From a virus, in IMG/VR virus record IMGVR_UViG_3300022719_000152, positions 22,794-54,793 of that record: 32,000 nt of DNA, one strand, 5' to 3'. The translations under genes were made by a program, and so were the position numbers. Shown in pieces: positions 14,066-22,055 of the stretch (its first letter is position 1; each line of letters starts with the position of its first letter). The notes beneath the pieces were generated by a model that was given only the letters and a program-made list of their open reading frames with translations, did not search any database and was not told the DNA's origin.

Positions 14066-14257
14066 ATGCGGCCTAAGACCAAAGCGTTCTGGCAGCGGTA
14101 TGGGCTTCTGGCTCGATACCGCTGCCAGCGCTGCAATACCGAATGGGAGATACATCCGGGACCTCAACAATGCAGGAGCTGTGGATGCATTTGGATAGAC
14201 TGGCTCAACTGGGAAGAGATCTTGGTTGAAATTCATTCGAAAGGTAGGGGTGGCTAG
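14066..14257 (+). CDS. zinc-ribbon protein (63 aa)
   Basis: CQRC...CRSC motifs. No clear SD. Confidence 0.5.
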   Translation: MRPKTKAFWQRYGLLARYRCQRCNTEWEIHPGPQQCRSCGCIWIDWLNWEEILVEIHSKGRGG

Positions 14258-14461
14258 CCCCTCGGTGAGTGAGAGTTGGTCGTCACTCTGAGCCTCGGCC
14301 TCCTTGCCGACCTTTTGTTGGCCGGTCATACGATCTGTACCTGTCTCTTTTCTTTTCACGCTTTGCTCTTTGATGATCGCCCCAATACACGGGGACTTAC
14401 CCCACCACCCTAGCCAGAAATTGCAGGCTTCATCAAGGCATAAGGCCTGTAGGAGGAAACC

Positions 14462-14881
14462 ATGATTACTACTCTGATATTGGCTGCCGCTCTCACCGCC
14501 CAGGGGGAGTATTCAGCCTCTTTTGTCTCTTGTTACGACGGAGATACCTGCACATTCAATGTGCACCTGGGCATGGATGTCGTGTTAGTTGACCAGCATG
14601 TCCGCTTTTGCGACGTCAACACCCCCGAGATCCGACCACTGGCCACAAGAGAGGCCGCCACCAAAGCGAGAGATGCTTTGGTGGGTTGGCTCAAGGAGGC
14701 CAAGAAGGTAGTTCTGCGCGTGCCGCAGAAGAAGAACTGTAATGTGGCTGCCGGCGACACCGGCTGCGACAAGAGAGGCAAGTATGGACGATGGCTCGTC
14801 TACGTGCTCGCTGACACCATCAACCTCAATCAAAGGCTAGTGACTGAAGGCTTTGCCGAGTCCTACCTAGAATGTGAATGA
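14462..14881 (+). CDS. staphylococcal (micrococcal) nuclease-like thermonuclease with N-terminal signal-like peptide
   Basis: Strong AGGAGGAA SD. SNase signatures DGDT, VRFCDVNTPE and GKYGRWLVYV...LVTEGFA. Hydrophobic N-terminus MITTLILAAALTAQG. Confidence 0.8.
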   Translation: MITTLILAAALTAQGEYSASFVSCYDGDTCTFNVHLGMDVVLVDQHVRFCDVNTPEIRPLATREAATKARDALVGWLKEAKKVVLRVPQKKNCNVAAGDTGCDKRGKYGRWLVYVLADTINLNQRLVTEGFAESYLECE

Positions 14882-15264
14882 CAATGGCAACGCTCCCGGG
14901 GCCTGAAGAGATGAAAGAAGTCAAGGCCGAGATACTCAAAGACTATTACCAGAAGAACGCGGACCTGAGCCGCCGCAATAATAGAATCATGACCCTGCTG
15001 AACCTTCCAAAAGATGCCTCACTCAAGACAATAGCCGAGAGGATCAACATTCTCAAATACATGGCCAAGGAAGCTATCGAGCGCGATGTGGTTGATGGAA
15101 GTCCTTTGTGGCTAGTACTCCATGAGCACAAACATGGGGAAGAAATACGGGCGGTTCGCCAGAACGAACCGCCCACGCAGGAGGAGATGAAGACTCTCTT
15201 CCCGGAATACAAAGAGGGTGTAGAATGGGAATATCTCAGACTGCACGGACCAATCACCATCTAA
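14878..15264 (+). CDS. hypothetical protein (128 aa)
   Basis: ATGA overlap with the nuclease stop. Confidence 0.7.
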   Translation: MTMATLPGPEEMKEVKAEILKDYYQKNADLSRRNNRIMTLLNLPKDASLKTIAERINILKYMAKEAIERDVVDGSPLWLVLHEHKHGEEIRAVRQNEPPTQEEMKTLFPEYKEGVEWEYLRLHGPITI

Positions 15265-15272
15265 CCGGAGAA
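15263..15272 (+). promoter_or_regulatory. AACCGGAGAA box
   Basis: Exact 10-mer, 4 nt upstream of the ATG at 15277. Its first AA belongs to the upstream TAA stop. Confidence 0.6.
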
Positions 15273-15276
15273 TCCA

Positions 15277-16542
15277 ATGTACCTACTAGATCTTAAAACT
15301 CACGTTAACCCAATAGACCGTTCCAAAAATGACGTCAGCATTCGTTATCAGATCGCAGACCCTAACCTACCAAACCCACACAAAGAGTGGCTCACAGCTT
15401 CTAGGACACATCTGTTCCAAAATGCGTCAGATGACAAACTAACATTCTCGCTGATTGGGAGGGACTTATGCAGTTCTGTAGTAACCAGTTTTGTCAGGGA
15501 TATTTTGGTGGAACTTCAGGTTCTGCCAAATCACTATCCTCGGATGATGCTCGCAGAAAAGGAGGGCACTTCTTGCCGTTACTGTGATGGCGTCATTTGT
15601 AGAGACGACCTCATAGCTGGGCATTACGGTGTCTTGTGGGGCCATAGGGGTTGTCTCCTTAGGGCCTACGCTTGGGGTCATCTCATTCAGTCACCCAATA
15701 ACTTCCGTCGTCGGCCCAAAGAAATTGAGCACCTCTTTGACCGGAAATATCTCGGTCTCGGTAACAAAGTAGTCTACTTGGACCACGAGGCGAGCCCCTT
15801 GCCGGTAGTGAGCTCCCTACCAGTGCTTCATGATGAATTCACACTCAACATCTCTCCAGCACAAGATTCGAGAGATATTACTAGGATGACTCAATATCTG
15901 ATGGATAGGTGCTACGAGCAGTACGCCATTCCAAGGGAGGCCCTAGGGGCTTTCATGAGCAATCAGCAAGTTGCTCTATCCTTAGAACAAAAGGCACAGA
16001 TCTTCGAGACCCTGAAGGATATGGCTAAGGAGGAAGGAGTCACAATCACCACAGCGCAACAAGACTCTCCCAATCTGAAAGAGCGGCCGACTCTCGCTGG
16101 GCGTTTCAGAAGTTCTGAACCAAACAAGCAGCATTACAATGTAGGGCCAGCCCGTGCATTGGATACCTATCTTTTTGGAGACGTTGTGTCTGAAGCCATG
16201 ATGAGACCTCCAAGGATGGTTGAGTGCCGTAACACCTGTAGGACATTCAAGCCCGTCATGTTCTTGGGGGTCACCATGCCCAAGAGCATGAGACCAAAAA
16301 GAAACCGCCACGAACAAACTGGCGATCTTCTTCAAGAGCAGTGGGACCTACTCATTCAGCAGAAACTAAATGAGTACAAAATGGACAAGAGGGAACTAGA
16401 GAAGTGCCCTCTCCATGGACATACCCTGGAAGTCAAATCGTTGTTCGTTCCGAACACGATGGGTTACGTAAGGGAAGACAATAGACGTTGGACAAAAGAA
16501 CTCTGGTGGTATTGCCCAGAGGATAAGAAGTCCGGCGAATAG
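15277..16542 (+). CDS. hypothetical protein (421 aa)
   Basis: Longest plus-strand ORF. Box upstream. No family recognised. Confidence 0.8.
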   Translation: MYLLDLKTHVNPIDRSKNDVSIRYQIADPNLPNPHKEWLTASRTHLFQNASDDKLTFSLIGRDLCSSVVTSFVRDILVELQVLPNHYPRMMLAEKEGTSCRYCDGVICRDDLIAGHYGVLWGHRGCLLRAYAWGHLIQSPNNFRRRPKEIEHLFDRKYLGLGNKVVYLDHEASPLPVVSSLPVLHDEFTLNISPAQDSRDITRMTQYLMDRCYEQYAIPREALGAFMSNQQVALSLEQKAQIFETLKDMAKEEGVTITTAQQDSPNLKERPTLAGRFRSSEPNKQHYNVGPARALDTYLFGDVVSEAMMRPPRMVECRNTCRTFKPVMFLGVTMPKSMRPKRNRHEQTGDLLQEQWDLLIQQKLNEYKMDKRELEKCPLHGHTLEVKSLFVPNTMGYVREDNRRWTKELWWYCPEDKKSGE

Positions 16543-16551
16543 CTAACTCAA

Positions 16552-16561
16552 AACCGGAGAA
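16552..16561 (+). promoter_or_regulatory. AACCGGAGAA box
   Basis: Exact 10-mer, 6 nt upstream of the ATG at 16568. Intergenic. Confidence 0.6.
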
Positions 16562-16567
16562 TCTCAC

Positions 16568-16894
16568 ATGACAGAAATGAATGTGGCCAATCTCCTTGGC
16601 CCATCGGAGGAGTATGCTCTTCAGCAGATGAAGGTGCTAAGAGAAAACCTCAACATGCAGATCTTGCTGAGCCAACGGCTGAAGCGAGCTTTATTTGAAT
16701 TGAAAGCGGCTCTCCAGAGCCCAGAAGACATTGAGTCTGACCTAGAACTTGGGGTTCTAAAGATAGAGAGTTTCAGAAGAAACATGATCACGGTGTCCAG
16801 TAACTTGAATTGGGGCCTCTCAATGCTGAAAAACGTGATCAATGACCCAAGTCCTTACATACAGCTTTCAGAGGCGGAGGAAGAAGATGAATAA
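16568..16894 (+). CDS. hypothetical protein (108 aa)
   Basis: ORF track. Box upstream. Confidence 0.7.
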   Translation: MTEMNVANLLGPSEEYALQQMKVLRENLNMQILLSQRLKRALFELKAALQSPEDIESDLELGVLKIESFRRNMITVSSNLNWGLSMLKNVINDPSPYIQLSEAEEEDE

Positions 16895-17318
16895 GGGCTC
16901 GGAGACATTGAAGCGTGCTCGTGAACGTTACGAGCACGCACTCATGAAAAAGAAAGAGTATGGCATCGACATGAGCGAAGAGGTTCTTTACTTGACAGTG
17001 GAAGACCTTCTCACTGTCGTGGAGGAGCTCGTGGATGGGGCCGATATCACCACTCAACTTCAAGCGCTGGAGAGAGAAGTCACAGCTCCTCCCATCACTT
17101 GCAGGTGGAGGCTCAAGGTCTACGTCGGTGTGGATGAAAAGAGCTCCATGGAAGTGGTGTCACTCAAAAGGTTGGAGGCTAGCCTCAGCAGAGTCTGGAA
17201 GACTCTACCTGGCATCACGAGAATGAAGCTGGAGGACCGATTTACCGGTTGGAACAAGGAAGCATACAGCGTGGAGCAGGTCGTTGACATGGTCCACAAG
17301 GCTAGGAGCCAAGGATAA
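16887..17318 (+). CDS. hypothetical protein (143 aa)
   Basis: The ATG at 16887 follows GGAGGAAG and overlaps the upstream stop. ORF track frame is 16842..17318. Confidence 0.65.
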   Translation: MNKGSETLKRARERYEHALMKKKEYGIDMSEEVLYLTVEDLLTVVEELVDGADITTQLQALEREVTAPPITCRWRLKVYVGVDEKSSMEVVSLKRLEASLSRVWKTLPGITRMKLEDRFTGWNKEAYSVEQVVDMVHKARSQG

Positions 17319-17319
17319 G

Positions 17320-18048
17320 ATGATCAGTTTTCGAGTACCAAAGGCAGCTCTAGAGATATGGAGGTTTGCAGCTCCAGGGCCAATACGAGATAGGGAAGAA
17401 TTCACCAACGTTTTCTTCGAGGAGAAGAAGACAAAGAGCAAAAGCAAGAACTACCTTCGTGCGATAGCCAGTGATGGTCATCGCATGATCATTGTAACCT
17501 GGGTTGCTCAACCTAGTGACGCTTTACCAGAGAAGCCCATCGCTTTCGATGCGAAGGACATTGGAGCATTCTTGCGTGGAGTTAGAGCTACCAAGCGTAA
17601 CTGGCCCATCTTGCGACTGGAGAGTGCCAAGCACTCAAAGGCCGATAACAAGTACGTCTTGTCGGGTGGTGGCAGCCCGAAAGCGCTACTTACCGCAGTG
17701 GAGTTGACCGGGCCAGTACCGCAGTGGGATGAAGTAGTTCCTCCCACTGATGCGCCACCGGCGAGCCGCTCGGGGTTCAACCTTGAATACATCAAGGACT
17801 TCTTGGACTTCCTGAAGAAGGACAAGATGAAAACTCCCGTGGTGGTCATCCGCCAGGAGAAAAAGGAAAAGGACACTCCTCTCCTCATATCTCTAGAGGG
17901 GGCGTGTTCGGGTCAGGAGCTCGGCTACGCCAAAGCTATCATTGACGAGATTAATGATGAGCGAAGGAAGAATCATCTACCAAAATCCACCGTCACGGAG
18001 CCTGGGCATGTTGAGGTCACCTACGTGGTGATGCCAGTGAGGATCTGA
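17320..18048 (+). CDS. DnaN (beta sliding clamp)-like protein, compact 242-aa form
   Basis: ATG at 17320 is 1 nt after the upstream TAA. DnaN-like motifs: LRAIASDGHRMII, PVPQWDEVVPP, GFNLEYIKDFL and C-terminal YVVMPVRI. Confidence 0.7.
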   Translation: MISFRVPKAALEIWRFAAPGPIRDREEFTNVFFEEKKTKSKSKNYLRAIASDGHRMIIVTWVAQPSDALPEKPIAFDAKDIGAFLRGVRATKRNWPILRLESAKHSKADNKYVLSGGGSPKALLTAVELTGPVPQWDEVVPPTDAPPASRSGFNLEYIKDFLDFLKKDKMKTPVVVIRQEKKEKDTPLLISLEGACSGQELGYAKAIIDEINDERRKNHLPKSTVTEPGHVEVTYVVMPVRI

Positions 18049-18320
18049 TGAGTAAGCAAGAGGAAGGACTGCAGTGGGTTGTGGACCAACTGCAGAGCAA
18101 GGGGATGAAGGTGAAGTATCACCGATTCCCAGGTGCGCTACTTGAGGACAAGCTCGGGTTCAGCGTGAGAATCACCAACTTCATCCCTGGAGATCAATAC
18201 TGCCAGGTGTGTGGAGGCCGAGGGCATGATGCCCTCGAGTGCACCACTGGAAAGAAGAAACATGACGAAAGAGGAGCTGATAAAGAGGCTGTGGGAAAAA
18301 CATCCGCGGCTGAAGCGTAA
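18048..18320 (+). CDS. protein with CCHC zinc knuckle (90 aa)
   Basis: TGATG overlap. CQVCGGRGHDALEC matches C-x2-C-x4-H-x4-C. Confidence 0.6.
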   Translation: MSKQEEGLQWVVDQLQSKGMKVKYHRFPGALLEDKLGFSVRITNFIPGDQYCQVCGGRGHDALECTTGKKKHDERGADKEAVGKTSAAEA

Positions 18321-18546
18321 AGAAGTAGTCTCTGTGATCGACCACGCCTTCGGCGAGATCGAGAGGGCCATACGCAGAGAGAAGAAGTTCATGATGCCCA
18401 ACTTCGGAACCTTCTTGTTGAGGTCTCGGAAGGGACGTCGAGGCGTAAACCCACAGACTGGAGAGCGAATCAGACTGCCGTCGTCGAAGACCATAGGCTT
18501 TCGACCAGCATTAATGCTTCGCAACAAGCTCAATGGAAGGAAGTAA
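18262..18546 (+). CDS. HU/IHF-family DNA-binding protein (94 aa)
   Basis: ATG at 18262 (MTKEELIKRL...). Signature FGTFLLRSRKGRRGVNPQTGERIRLPSSKTIGFRP. Confidence 0.85.
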   Translation: MTKEELIKRLWEKHPRLKRKEVVSVIDHAFGEIERAIRREKKFMMPNFGTFLLRSRKGRRGVNPQTGERIRLPSSKTIGFRPALMLRNKLNGRK

Positions 18547-18973
18547 GCGAACCTCCAAGTTGGCGGATATGCTGACCTCAGAACTACATACCCTTCGGGA
18601 GACCATTGGTGCTGAGATTCAGGATATTCAAAACCAACTGAGGAACAAAGCAGAGCCTCCACCCAACCTTGAGGTAGAATGGAATGAGTATCATGACTGG
18701 CGGAACAGCGCAGTCAATGCTCTTCGGTACAAACAGAAAGAGATACGAAAGGTAAAAAAGGAGATGCGAGATCGTGGCAGCTACAGCTCTGCCACGAAGG
18801 ACGTACTCACAGCACTATTCATCACGAAGAACCTGGATGTCACTCAGGTACTTCATCTCAGTGATGAGGCATTGCTGGAAACCATTGATAGAGCAGAAGA
18901 GGCCGCTGAAATACTCATCGACCTCTGGAAAGACAACCCCAATGACAACAGTGGAGCACCCAATAGGAAGTGA
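18533..18973 (+). CDS. hypothetical protein (146 aa)
   Basis: ORF track. Overlaps the HU/IHF stop by 14 nt. Confidence 0.6.
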   Translation: MEGSKRTSKLADMLTSELHTLRETIGAEIQDIQNQLRNKAEPPPNLEVEWNEYHDWRNSAVNALRYKQKEIRKVKKEMRDRGSYSSATKDVLTALFITKNLDVTQVLHLSDEALLETIDRAEEAAEILIDLWKDNPNDNSGAPNRK

Positions 18974-19457
18974 TCTTCTCAAGCTCTACAAAGAGCTAGA
19001 CGAGAAAAGGGACGTGCACCTCGAAGCACACGAAGGGGAGATATCCTGTAGGAAGGGATGCTCCCACTGCTGCTACATGATGAGCGGCATCACCCTATCT
19101 GAAGGGCTGCTGCTCGCTGAAGTGGCAGCCTTCCGCCCAGACTGGAAGAAGATACAAGAGGACCTCTTCCGTATGGCGCGCAAAGAAGCCTTGGACTCTA
19201 TGGACCGAGGCACCTACTTCAATCTCGGCATTCCATGCGCCTTCCTCAATAAGAAAGAGGGCACATGCAGAGTGTATGAGCACAGACCCTCTTGCTGCAG
19301 GTACTACTATGTGGTCTCTGACCCATCCATCTGCAGCAGGCATCACCCAGACGGCACTGTGAGTGCGTTGAACCTCACTCACCTAGAAGCTGCCGTCTAT
19401 GAATTTGCTGCAGAGGTACAGCAAGACGGAGGACCTGGTCTATACGTGGAAAGGTGA
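18942..19457 (+). CDS. YkgJ-family cysteine-cluster (CxxCxxCC) protein
   Basis: CRKGCSHCC plus PCAFLNKKEGTCRVYEHRPSCCRYY. ATG at 18942 in the 18774..19457 frame. Confidence 0.75.
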   Translation: MTTVEHPIGSDLLKLYKELDEKRDVHLEAHEGEISCRKGCSHCCYMMSGITLSEGLLLAEVAAFRPDWKKIQEDLFRMARKEALDSMDRGTYFNLGIPCAFLNKKEGTCRVYEHRPSCCRYYYVVSDPSICSRHHPDGTVSALNLTHLEAAVYEFAAEVQQDGGPGLYVER

Positions 19458-19458
19458 G

Positions 19459-19662
19459 ATGGTCAGGAGAGCCCATCTCAAGAAGTACTTGAAGAAACTA
19501 CCTAACCCAGTTCAATGGATAGAGAAGCTGATGGGTAGATTGGACGAATTTATAGGAAGTGAGCCGCTTCAAGGTAGAGCTGAAGCGGTTCGTTTCCACT
19601 CAGAGACACTACGAAAGAGGATGGAAGATGCCAAAACAAATAGAACCCCCGCCAAAGGTTAA
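19459..19662 (+). CDS. hypothetical protein (67 aa)
   Basis: ATG at 19459 is 1 nt after the upstream TGA. GGAAAGGTGAG SD. Confidence 0.55.
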   Translation: MVRRAHLKKYLKKLPNPVQWIEKLMGRLDEFIGSEPLQGRAEAVRFHSETLRKRMEDAKTNRTPAKG

Positions 19663-19879
19663 CCAGTACAGCACCCGCGGCTTTTGGGCGCCGCCCAAAG
19701 GTCAACCCGGGTCTGTGGTGGGGATAGACAACCACGGCAACCCACCAGAGCCACAGCCTGGTGACCTGGTCATCTTTGACACGACTCTCTTCAGGGTCGT
19801 GAAGCCCGTGGAGAAGACATCGGGGCTGTGGAAGTTCCATGTCCTCCGCCACGACGACCCTCCTGTGACGGTGCGCTGA
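19628..19879 (+). CDS. hypothetical protein (83 aa)
   Basis: ATG at 19628 (MPKQIEPPP...) follows AGAGGATGGAAG. Confidence 0.6.
   Translation: MPKQIEPPPKVNQYSTRGFWAPPKGQPGSVVGIDNHGNPPEPQPGDLVIFDTTLFRVVKPVEKTSGLWKFHVLRHDDPPVTVR
19762..19772. promoter_or_regulatory. TGACCTGGTCA palindrome (intragenic copy)
   Basis: Exact copy inside 19628..19879. Confidence 0.3.
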
Positions 19880-20211
19880 TGAGCAGGAAGGAAGTCACAG
19901 AGCTCGTTGCCAAGCTAGGTATTGGTGACAGCAAGGATGGTATCGTCAACCTAGACGATCAAGAACCAGACCTGCTGCGTGAGTATGCTGACGTAGCAGG
20001 CAGAAACCCGGCTACATTTGGGGCAATCCTCTTTGGCCACATTGATGATAAGAGCCGGCATAAAGCAGTGCTGTCTCTTGCTCACTACGCTCAAGTGAGC
20101 GCGCAAGCCAAAGAGCTGCGTGTGGGGGGTCGGATAGAGGCAGCCCTGGCAGCAGAAGAGCACTGTAATAAAGTCTATGAGGTACTCATTCCTCGGTGGG
20201 CGAGGTGGTAG
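19879..20211 (+). CDS. hypothetical protein (110 aa)
   Basis: TGATG overlap at 19879. Confidence 0.65.
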   Translation: MSRKEVTELVAKLGIGDSKDGIVNLDDQEPDLLREYADVAGRNPATFGAILFGHIDDKSRHKAVLSLAHYAQVSAQAKELRVGGRIEAALAAEEHCNKVYEVLIPRWARW

Positions 20212-20463
20212 ATGGCTTGGAGATCACGAGAAGAGCGAGAAGAACCTACAGAGATTCAGTTTGAATATGTCCTACGCAAGACTCCAAAAGCCTATGTCTT
20301 CATGATTGAGGGGGATGAGCACCTCATTGCTCAATCCCAAATTGAGAATGAAGACGTGATTGAGCGCTTTCACAATGGTACACAAGAGGAGGACGACAAC
20401 AAGTTCGTCATCGTGCCAAAATGGCTAGCGGTCGATAACGGCTGGAGAGAGTGGGATGACTAG
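20212..20463 (+). CDS. hypothetical acidic protein (83 aa)
   Basis: The ATG directly follows the upstream TAG. Confidence 0.65.
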   Translation: MAWRSREEREEPTEIQFEYVLRKTPKAYVFMIEGDEHLIAQSQIENEDVIERFHNGTQEEDDNKFVIVPKWLAVDNGWREWDD

Positions 20464-20764
20464 AAGACGTGGCAAGCGAGGCAACCTGGTAATCGTTGAC
20501 TTCACCGAACGTTCAGAGACACCCCAAGGGATCATCGACGGTCTCGAGGAGTTACTCAGTTGGGCGAAGGAGGGGAAACTCAGGCACCTGGTACTCGATG
20601 CGTCTTCAACAGAGAAAGTCGATGTAGAGGGGCTCGATGAGCCACAGCATCCAGCAATGACTGCGATGTGCCACTACCGAGACAACTTTGAAAGCCTTCA
20701 CAGCGCATGCCATGTGCTGGCTGCCCTGGCTCTAGGTGAACTCCTGGATGACGGCGGTTGGTGA
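20456..20764 (+). CDS. hypothetical protein (102 aa)
   Basis: ATGA-type overlap. Last gene of the plus-strand block. Confidence 0.65.
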   Translation: MTRRRGKRGNLVIVDFTERSETPQGIIDGLEELLSWAKEGKLRHLVLDASSTEKVDVEGLDEPQHPAMTAMCHYRDNFESLHSACHVLAALALGELLDDGGW

Positions 20765-20765
20765 T

Positions 20766-20795
20766 GAAGGGGAGCAAACCGCTCCCCTTCTTTTT
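20766..20795 (+). terminator. rho-independent terminator
   Basis: 10-bp stem GAAGGGGAGC/GCTCCCCTTC with a 5-nt loop, followed by TTTTT. Sits at the convergent junction. Confidence 0.7.
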
Positions 20796-20976
20796 AGCCC
20801 CAACCCTCTAGCTTCACATGCTCATGGAAAGAACACTCCGGGCAGTCGAGGCTTGGAGTTACTGTGCCATCAGCAGCAACGTCATGATCTAGATACGCCT
20901 TGAGGTTACAACCAGGGCAAGTGACCACAACTTCACTACCAACCTTCTTCCAGTGAGTCTTCGGAATGCTAGCCAT
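20794..20976 (-). CDS. zinc-ribbon protein (60 aa)
   Basis: ATG at 20976 (MASIPKTHWKK...) has an 8-nt overlap with the upstream ORF. CPGC...CPEC motifs. Confidence 0.6.
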   Translation of the reverse strand: MASIPKTHWKKVGSEVVVTCPGCNLKAYLDHDVAADGTVTPSLDCPECSFHEHVKLEGWG

Positions 20977-21436
20977 CAGACGCTTCAGCCCACCTGAACT
21001 GGATGTCCCAAAGAGACTCTGGGTCGAAAGACTTGAATGCCGGTGGGTTGTCGATGCCCATTGAGAGTTCACCGAAAGAAAAGCCCTCTTTACCAGGCCC
21101 AGAAGTCCACTTACCTCCGCGAGTCCTCAGCTTCACAGTTCCATGGTCCTTGCTGTCGTAGGCAATTCGACTCGCAGTCCAACCGCCTTCCTCGCAAACA
21201 TTGACCATGTCAATGTAGTAGTAGTCCCCAGCTTTGTACTCTTTGCCTTGAGCATCCAGAGCAAGACCCTTGAAGACCAGCTTGGCTTCTCCTGAAGGAG
21301 TGTACTTCCAGAACTGCTCGTTCTCTTTGTTGTCTTCGCGTTGGCAGACAGGAGAGAGCTCTACGACAGTTCTCTTGTCCCAAGTGTGAGTGACACTCAT
21401 GCAACGGAATTTTGCGCGTATTTCTCGTCTCATCAT
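20969..21436 (-). CDS. hypothetical protein (155 aa)
   Basis: GGAGAAA SD. ORF track. Confidence 0.7.
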   Translation of the reverse strand: MMRREIRAKFRCMSVTHTWDKRTVVELSPVCQREDNKENEQFWKYTPSGEAKLVFKGLALDAQGKEYKAGDYYYIDMVNVCEEGGWTASRIAYDSKDHGTVKLRTRGGKWTSGPGKEGFSFGELSMGIDNPPAFKSFDPESLWDIQFRWAEASDG

Positions 21437-21515
21437 TTTCTCCAGAATGGTTTGAATGTGAGACTACGCGGTTGGCACGGCTCGCAGTCACGCCGCTTGT
21501 ACCCACAATACAAGA

Positions 21516-21881
21516 CTACTCTGCGTATTTCCAGCCCGCAAACGCTAGGCGATACCCCTCCGTGCCTCTTGAAGTCACATACTGGTAGGTGTCCATGGAT
21601 GGGGCCACAGAGCGCTCATGAACGCTACTTTTATCCTCGACAGGTCCTTTGACCACAGCTACAGACCGGCTCCGCTGACGCTCTTCGAGGCGCGCATCAA
21701 GCCTCCGCTCCTCCTCAAGCTCAGCTTCTGTGCGCGAGCGCCTCACTTGCTGGCGCTCACGCTTCTTCTTACACTCTGGGCACAAAAGAACCCTTCTGAG
21801 TTTCCCTGAAAAGCCTTTCACCTCGACAGGTAAAAGCTCTAGCCCTTCCTCTACACATTCAGCGCACCATGTCATTGTCAT
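21516..21881 (-). CDS. zinc-ribbon protein with basic coiled region (121 aa)
   Basis: TAGGAGATGACA SD. CAEC...CPEC motifs. Confidence 0.6.
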   Translation of the reverse strand: MTMTWCAECVEEGLELLPVEVKGFSGKLRRVLLCPECKKKRERQQVRRSRTEAELEEERRLDARLEERQRSRSVAVVKGPVEDKSSVHERSVAPSMDTYQYVTSRGTEGYRLAFAGWKYAE

Positions 21882-22055
21882 CTCCTAATCCGTTTCAGAT
21901 GGGGGACTGGCGTACAACCCCAAAGCAACTCCACAAGAGAGGGTGTGCCAAAAAGTGGACACCCACCCATGAATGGGGACAGACAGCTACCTCTACTTTG
22001 ATGGTGAAGTCAGAGGCCGCTTGTTTACATCTAGGGGGTAGTGATCATGCTGTTT

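Noticed and set aside
17508-18662. Minus-strand ORFs 17508..17888 and 18138..18662
   Set aside because: They are antisense to the clamp-like, CCHC and HU/IHF genes, which have recognisable motifs and coupled starts.
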